Below are positions 39,768 through 42,981 of a stretch of 42,981 bases of DNA, one piece after another (positions within the stretch are counted from its first letter, which is position 1; every line of letters starts with the position of its first letter). A program made the translations under genes and the position numbers. The DNA comes from a plasmid. The notes under the pieces are model-generated. The model was not told the origin of the DNA and ran no database searches. It saw nothing but the letters and a program-made list of their open reading frames with translations. Where the stretch lies: sequence record NZ_CP024179.1. One strand, written 5' to 3'.

Positions 39768-41270
39768 ATGCTCGACAAATCTGCCATCATCGCCCAAACT
39801 CCATCTAGACCTATCATATCTCAGTATGGTACGGTGCATCAGTTACCAACTGGCTATAGCGACCGCTTATATAATGAAGACCTTGCTCCATTAGTGGCGG
39901 GTAAAGACCGAAGCAGTCGCCAAGATTGGAACTGGTACAACATCTTTGCCTTTTGGATGTCAGACGTGCATAGCGTGGGTGGTTATGTGTTTGCAGGTAG
40001 TTTGTTTGCGTTGGGGATTCAAAGTTGGCAAGTGCTGTTGGCATTAATTGTCGGCATCATGATTGTGCAAGTCCTGTGCAATCTAGTGGCAAAACCTAGC
40101 CAACAAGCGGGCGTACCATATCCAGTGGCATGTCGTATGCCGTTTGGGGTATTTGGGGCAAATTTGCCTGCGATTATTCGTGGTTTAATTGCGGTAGCAT
40201 GGTATGGGGTACAAACTTTTTTGGCTTCAAAATCACTAGAAATTATCTTGCTATGGGCAATGCCAAGCTTGAAAAGCTTAGAACAAACCAACTTGCTTGG
40301 GCTAAATTTGCTCGGTTGGCTCGCCTTCATGGTGATGTGGGTACTTCAAGCTTTGGTGTTTTGGCGAGGAATTGATACCATCAAAAAATTTATCGATTGG
40401 GCAGGACCTGCGGTGTATGTAGTGATGCTTGCGTTAATGTGTTGGATTGTCAATCGTGCAGGATTAGCAAATATCAATTTAAACTTAGCTGAAGTAAAAT
40501 ATCATGGCATGGATTCTATTTTACCAACGATTACGGCGATTGCCTTAGTGGTGTCGTACTTTTCAGGACCGATGCTCAATTTTGGAGATTTTGCTCGCTA
40601 TGGCAAAAGCTACGATGACGTCAAAAAAGGCAATTTTTGGGGCTTGCCGATTAACTTTACCTTATTTGCGTTGGTCACTGTGGTGATTACGTCTGGTACT
40701 ATTCCTGTATTCGGGAAAATGCTGACTGATCCGATTGATACCGTCGCCCGCATTGATAACGTGGCAGTTATGCTTTTAGGGGCGTTAACCTTTGTGACAG
40801 CGACAATTGGCATTAATATCGTGGCTAACTTTGTTGCCCCTGCGTTTGATTTTTCTAACGTATCACCCAAAAACATCAGCTTTCGCATGGGTGGCTTTAT
40901 TGCAGCGATTGGTGCAGTGTTTATCACGCCTTGGAACTTATTTAATTCACCACAAGTGATTCATTATACCCTTGATATTTTAGCTGCCTTTATCGGTCCA
41001 CTATTTGGGATTTTGCTGACTGATTTTTATCTCATCCGTAAACAAGAGATTAAAGTGGATGATTTATACACTACTGACCAAAGCGGTGCTTACTGGTATA
41101 GCAACGGCTGGAATCCTAAAGCGGTAATGGCTTTAATCCCTGCGGTAGTGGTGGGTGTGGCGATTACCTTGATGGGCTTAAAAGAGTTGGCGGATTTTAA
41201 TTGGTTTATTGGGTGTGGTCTAGGTGCAGTCATGTATTATATATTGATGCCAAAAACCAATAATCATTAA
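39768..41270 (+). CDS. NCS1-family permease (allantoin/purine-cytosine type)
   Basis: 500 aa with 12 TM segments typical of NCS1. It ends 5 bp before the right-hand IR. Confidence 0.85.
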   Translation: MLDKSAIIAQTPSRPIISQYGTVHQLPTGYSDRLYNEDLAPLVAGKDRSSRQDWNWYNIFAFWMSDVHSVGGYVFAGSLFALGIQSWQVLLALIVGIMIVQVLCNLVAKPSQQAGVPYPVACRMPFGVFGANLPAIIRGLIAVAWYGVQTFLASKSLEIILLWAMPSLKSLEQTNLLGLNLLGWLAFMVMWVLQALVFWRGIDTIKKFIDWAGPAVYVVMLALMCWIVNRAGLANINLNLAEVKYHGMDSILPTITAIALVVSYFSGPMLNFGDFARYGKSYDDVKKGNFWGLPINFTLFALVTVVITSGTIPVFGKMLTDPIDTVARIDNVAVMLLGALTFVTATIGINIVANFVAPAFDFSNVSPKNISFRMGGFIAAIGAVFITPWNLFNSPQVIHYTLDILAAFIGPLFGILLTDFYLIRKQEIKVDDLYTTDQSGAYWYSNGWNPKAVMALIPAVVVGVAITLMGLKELADFNWFIGCGLGAVMYYILMPKTNNH

Positions 41271-41275
41271 AAATT

Positions 41276-41313
41276 GAGATCAGCACAGAAAACGGAAAAA
41301 ATAGGACTGTCAG
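41276..41313 (+). repeat. Tn3-family-like 38-bp terminal IR (GAGATCAGCACAGAAAACGGAAAAAATAGGACTGTCAG) with its outer end at 41276, facing away from the catabolic segment
   Basis: It is the partner of 23385..23422 (30/38). It is followed inward by GTCGAtTATTTTTAA. The first 15 nt are related to the IR of the intact Tn3-family element. Confidence 0.65.
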
Positions 41314-41352
41314 GACTTTTGTCGATTATTTTTAACTATCTTTTACTTGTCT

Positions 41353-41380
41353 AAAAAACGGTCGTTTTTTAGATATCTCA
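41353..41380 (+). repeat. 28-bp near-palindromic motif copy B (AAAAAACGGTCGTTTTTTAGATATCTCA)
   Basis: It is 27/28 identical to copy A in the same orientation. It lies 39 bp inside IR_B; copy A lies 34 bp inside IR_A. Confidence 0.6.
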
Positions 41381-41472
41381 TTCTGGGCAAAAAATAAGAG
41401 CTTTTAGCCCCCATTCTTGTATAGCAAGTTGTCAATCAAACAAATGCTAACTATTCTTAACAGCAAAAGTTT

Positions 41473-41802
41473 TTAATGAGCAACGCGCAGTAGCACTTGG
41501 GGTTCAACTTTTGCGATTTTCAGCAGAACGCTAGCCGCTTTTGATGGATAGCGTTTTCCTTGCTCCCAAGCTTGTAAGGTTCGGACTGACACACCTAGAA
41601 TTTCAGCAAATTCTCGTTGTGATAGTCCCACATTCTGTCTGGCTTCAATGGCTTCGTTAACAATAGGTTGCTCACGTACCACACCTTGTCCGGCTTTAGC
41701 TTGTCGGACACTTTCAAGCAATAATGCCCCGAGCTCATCCCCGGTAAATTCATGGTTAGCCAAGTTAATAGTATCTAAGTCTTTCATGCTTTTTATTGCC
41801 AT
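41473..41802 (-). CDS. higA: XRE-family HTH antitoxin (partner of a HigB/RelE-like toxin)
   Basis: The C-terminal HTH is GLSQREFAEILGVSVRTLQAWEQGKRYPSKAA. The start overlaps the toxin stop (ATGGCAATAA). Confidence 0.75.
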   Translation of the reverse strand: MAIKSMKDLDTINLANHEFTGDELGALLLESVRQAKAGQGVVREQPIVNEAIEARQNVGLSQREFAEILGVSVRTLQAWEQGKRYPSKAASVLLKIAKVEPQVLLRVAH

Positions 41803-42122
41803 GTGTCTAACTCCTTTACCAAGTCTTTTAGTATATGAGCAGGAATATTTTCGGTTTTCGCCTTGGCATAAACCAATAGCATAAAGATTTTACCGTTTTA
41901 TAAGCGATTATAATAAATCACTCTAACACCACCGCTTTTACCACCACCTTGCCTAGCAAAACGCACTTTACGAACACCGCCACTTTTCGGAACGACATCA
42001 CCAATATCAGGATTTTGGCTAATCATGGTATGGAGTTCGCCCTGTTCTTCTTTAGTTAATAGGCTATCAACCATTTTTATATATAAAGGCGTTTCGACAA
42101 TGGTAAACATAAATAATCTCAC
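41793..42122 (-). pseudogene. higB: RelE/HigB-superfamily toxin gene (DUF1044-like) with a single in-frame TAA (41898..41900), otherwise full length
   Basis: ...GDVVPKSGGVRKVRFARQGGGKSGGVRVIYYNRL*NGKIFMLLVYAKAKTENIPAHILKDLVKELDTWQ reads in a single frame across the stop. The conserved IWLL.IYAK...IPAHIL C-terminal block follows the TAA. Confidence 0.65.
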
Positions 42123-42214
42123 ATACTACATTGTAGTAGTATAACAGACTATGCATTTAAAATTAACCTCAAAATTTAAATGCTATAGGCTTAAAAAAAC
42201 AGGTAATACGAAGG

Positions 42215-42820
42215 TTATTCAGAATTTAGCAAATCTACCCCTGCCTTTTTTAACTCCCCTTTCGCCGTCACATAGTGATATAGCGTACTACTGGGAATAT
42301 CGCCTAGTTCCCTGCAAATCGCTGGGATACTCTTGGTTTGGTCTTGCATGAGATGTTGGGCATAGCGAAGTTTCTCAGCGGTCATGATTCTAGGCCTGCC
42401 ACCTTTTCGACCACGAGCCCTTGCAGCCGCAATTCCCTCTTTCACTCGTTGGCGGATAATATTACGCTCCATCTCAGCAAAAGCGGCTTGAATCTGCAAA
42501 AAGGCTCGACCTGCAGGGGTTGTGGTATCCATCGGTGAATTAATCGCTTTAAAGCCAATGTCTTTTTCAGCGAGTTCATCAATCAACTTTATAAGCTCAC
42601 TGGCTAACCGCCCTAACCTATCCAAATCCAAAACAACCAGCACATCGCCTTTTCTTAAGTAATTGAGGCAATCATCTAAACCTTTACGCTGGGAATTACT
42701 GCCTGATGCCTTGTCGGTAAAAATTCGCTCACAGCCGATTTCTTTCAAAGCATCAACTTGACGATCCAATAATTGTTTCCCTTCAGATGTTTAAACCCGG
42801 GCATAACCGATGAAACCCAT
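42215..42820 (-). pseudogene. Serine recombinase paralog with TAA replacing the catalytic Ser10 codon (stop at 42791..42793)
   Basis: MGFIGYARV*TSEGKQLLDRQVDALKEIG... is collinear with the intact paralog at 18635, which has TCA at this codon. Confidence 0.75.
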
Positions 42821-42862
42821 GGTGTAATTCTCAAGATAAATTATAGGTTGTCATGAATAAAA

Positions 42863-42887
42863 TTTATCATAACTTAAAGTTATGATA
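42863..42887. promoter_or_regulatory. 25-bp perfect palindrome TTATCATAACTT-A-AAGTTATGATAA upstream of the disrupted recombinase (candidate crossover site/operator)
   Basis: It has 12-bp perfect arms around one central base. It lies ~45 bp upstream of the recombinase start and is related to the palindrome upstream of the paralog at 19301. Confidence 0.4.
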
Positions 42888-42981
42888 ATTCAAAATATTA
42901 GAAAATAAAAATTGCGAATAATAATTGACTTTCGTAATTTATCGATATCAGAAAAAAACTCAAAATTTACGCAAATGTTTA

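Noticed and set aside
42785-42800. Adjacent PmeI (GTTTAAAC) and SmaI/XmaI (CCCGGG) sites that coincide with the stop codon at the catalytic serine of the recombinase. I first took this for an engineered knockout cassette.
   Set aside because: Compared with the paralogous tnpR sequence (GGTTGAAACTCGGGC), only two point substitutions are needed to give GTTTAAACCCGGGC. One is the TCA to TAA nonsense change and the other is a synonymous CGA to CGG. The rest of the gene shows ordinary ~10% synonymous divergence. So this is natural point mutation, not vector sequence.

Overview
The window looks like a mosaic plasmid of about 43 kb from an AT-rich gammaproteobacterium; a Moraxellaceae (Psychrobacter/Acinetobacter-like) host is my inference from the Rep_3 initiator, iterons and gene similarities. 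Left to right: a parA-parB partition operon bracketed by four copies of a 17-bp palindrome (TGTGGCAA-A/T-TTGCCACA). Next comes the remnant of a Type I restriction locus: a YhcG/DUF1016-like nuclease gene and hsdR, both riddled with in-frame stop codons, and hsdR also carries an internal deletion. Then an iteron origin (six perfect plus several degenerate 22-bp repeats) with a Rep_3 initiator gene, followed by a DNA-damage cassette umuD-umuC-SRAP(YedK)-DEDDh exonuclease. After that a small XRE regulator sits divergent from two unknown small genes, then a ColE1-type mobilisation region (oriT-like hairpins, mbeC-like, mbeA-like relaxase). The relaxase 3' end is cut by a minimal 3981-bp Tn3-family transposon (38-bp IRs, tnpA, tnpR, res). 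An accessory region follows: brnA antitoxin with a nonsense-inactivated brnT, a serine recombinase, a Fic protein, a DUF4143 AAA ATPase, a Hin-type invertase, and an IS3 orfA fragment. The 17.85-kb segment at 23423..41275 encodes a complete purine/urate-to-ureidoglycolate catabolic pathway with transporters, a porin and a GntR regulator. It is bounded exactly by two outward-facing Tn3-like 38-bp inverted repeats, each about 35 bp from a copy of a 28-bp near-palindromic motif; the two motif copies are in direct orientation. The right end holds a HigB/RelE-like toxin (nonsense-inactivated), its HTH antitoxin, and a third recombinase paralog with a stop at the catalytic serine. The recurring theme is loss of nuclease, toxin and recombinase genes by clean nonsense codons without frameshifts. 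No rRNA or tRNA genes and no CRISPR arrays were seen.
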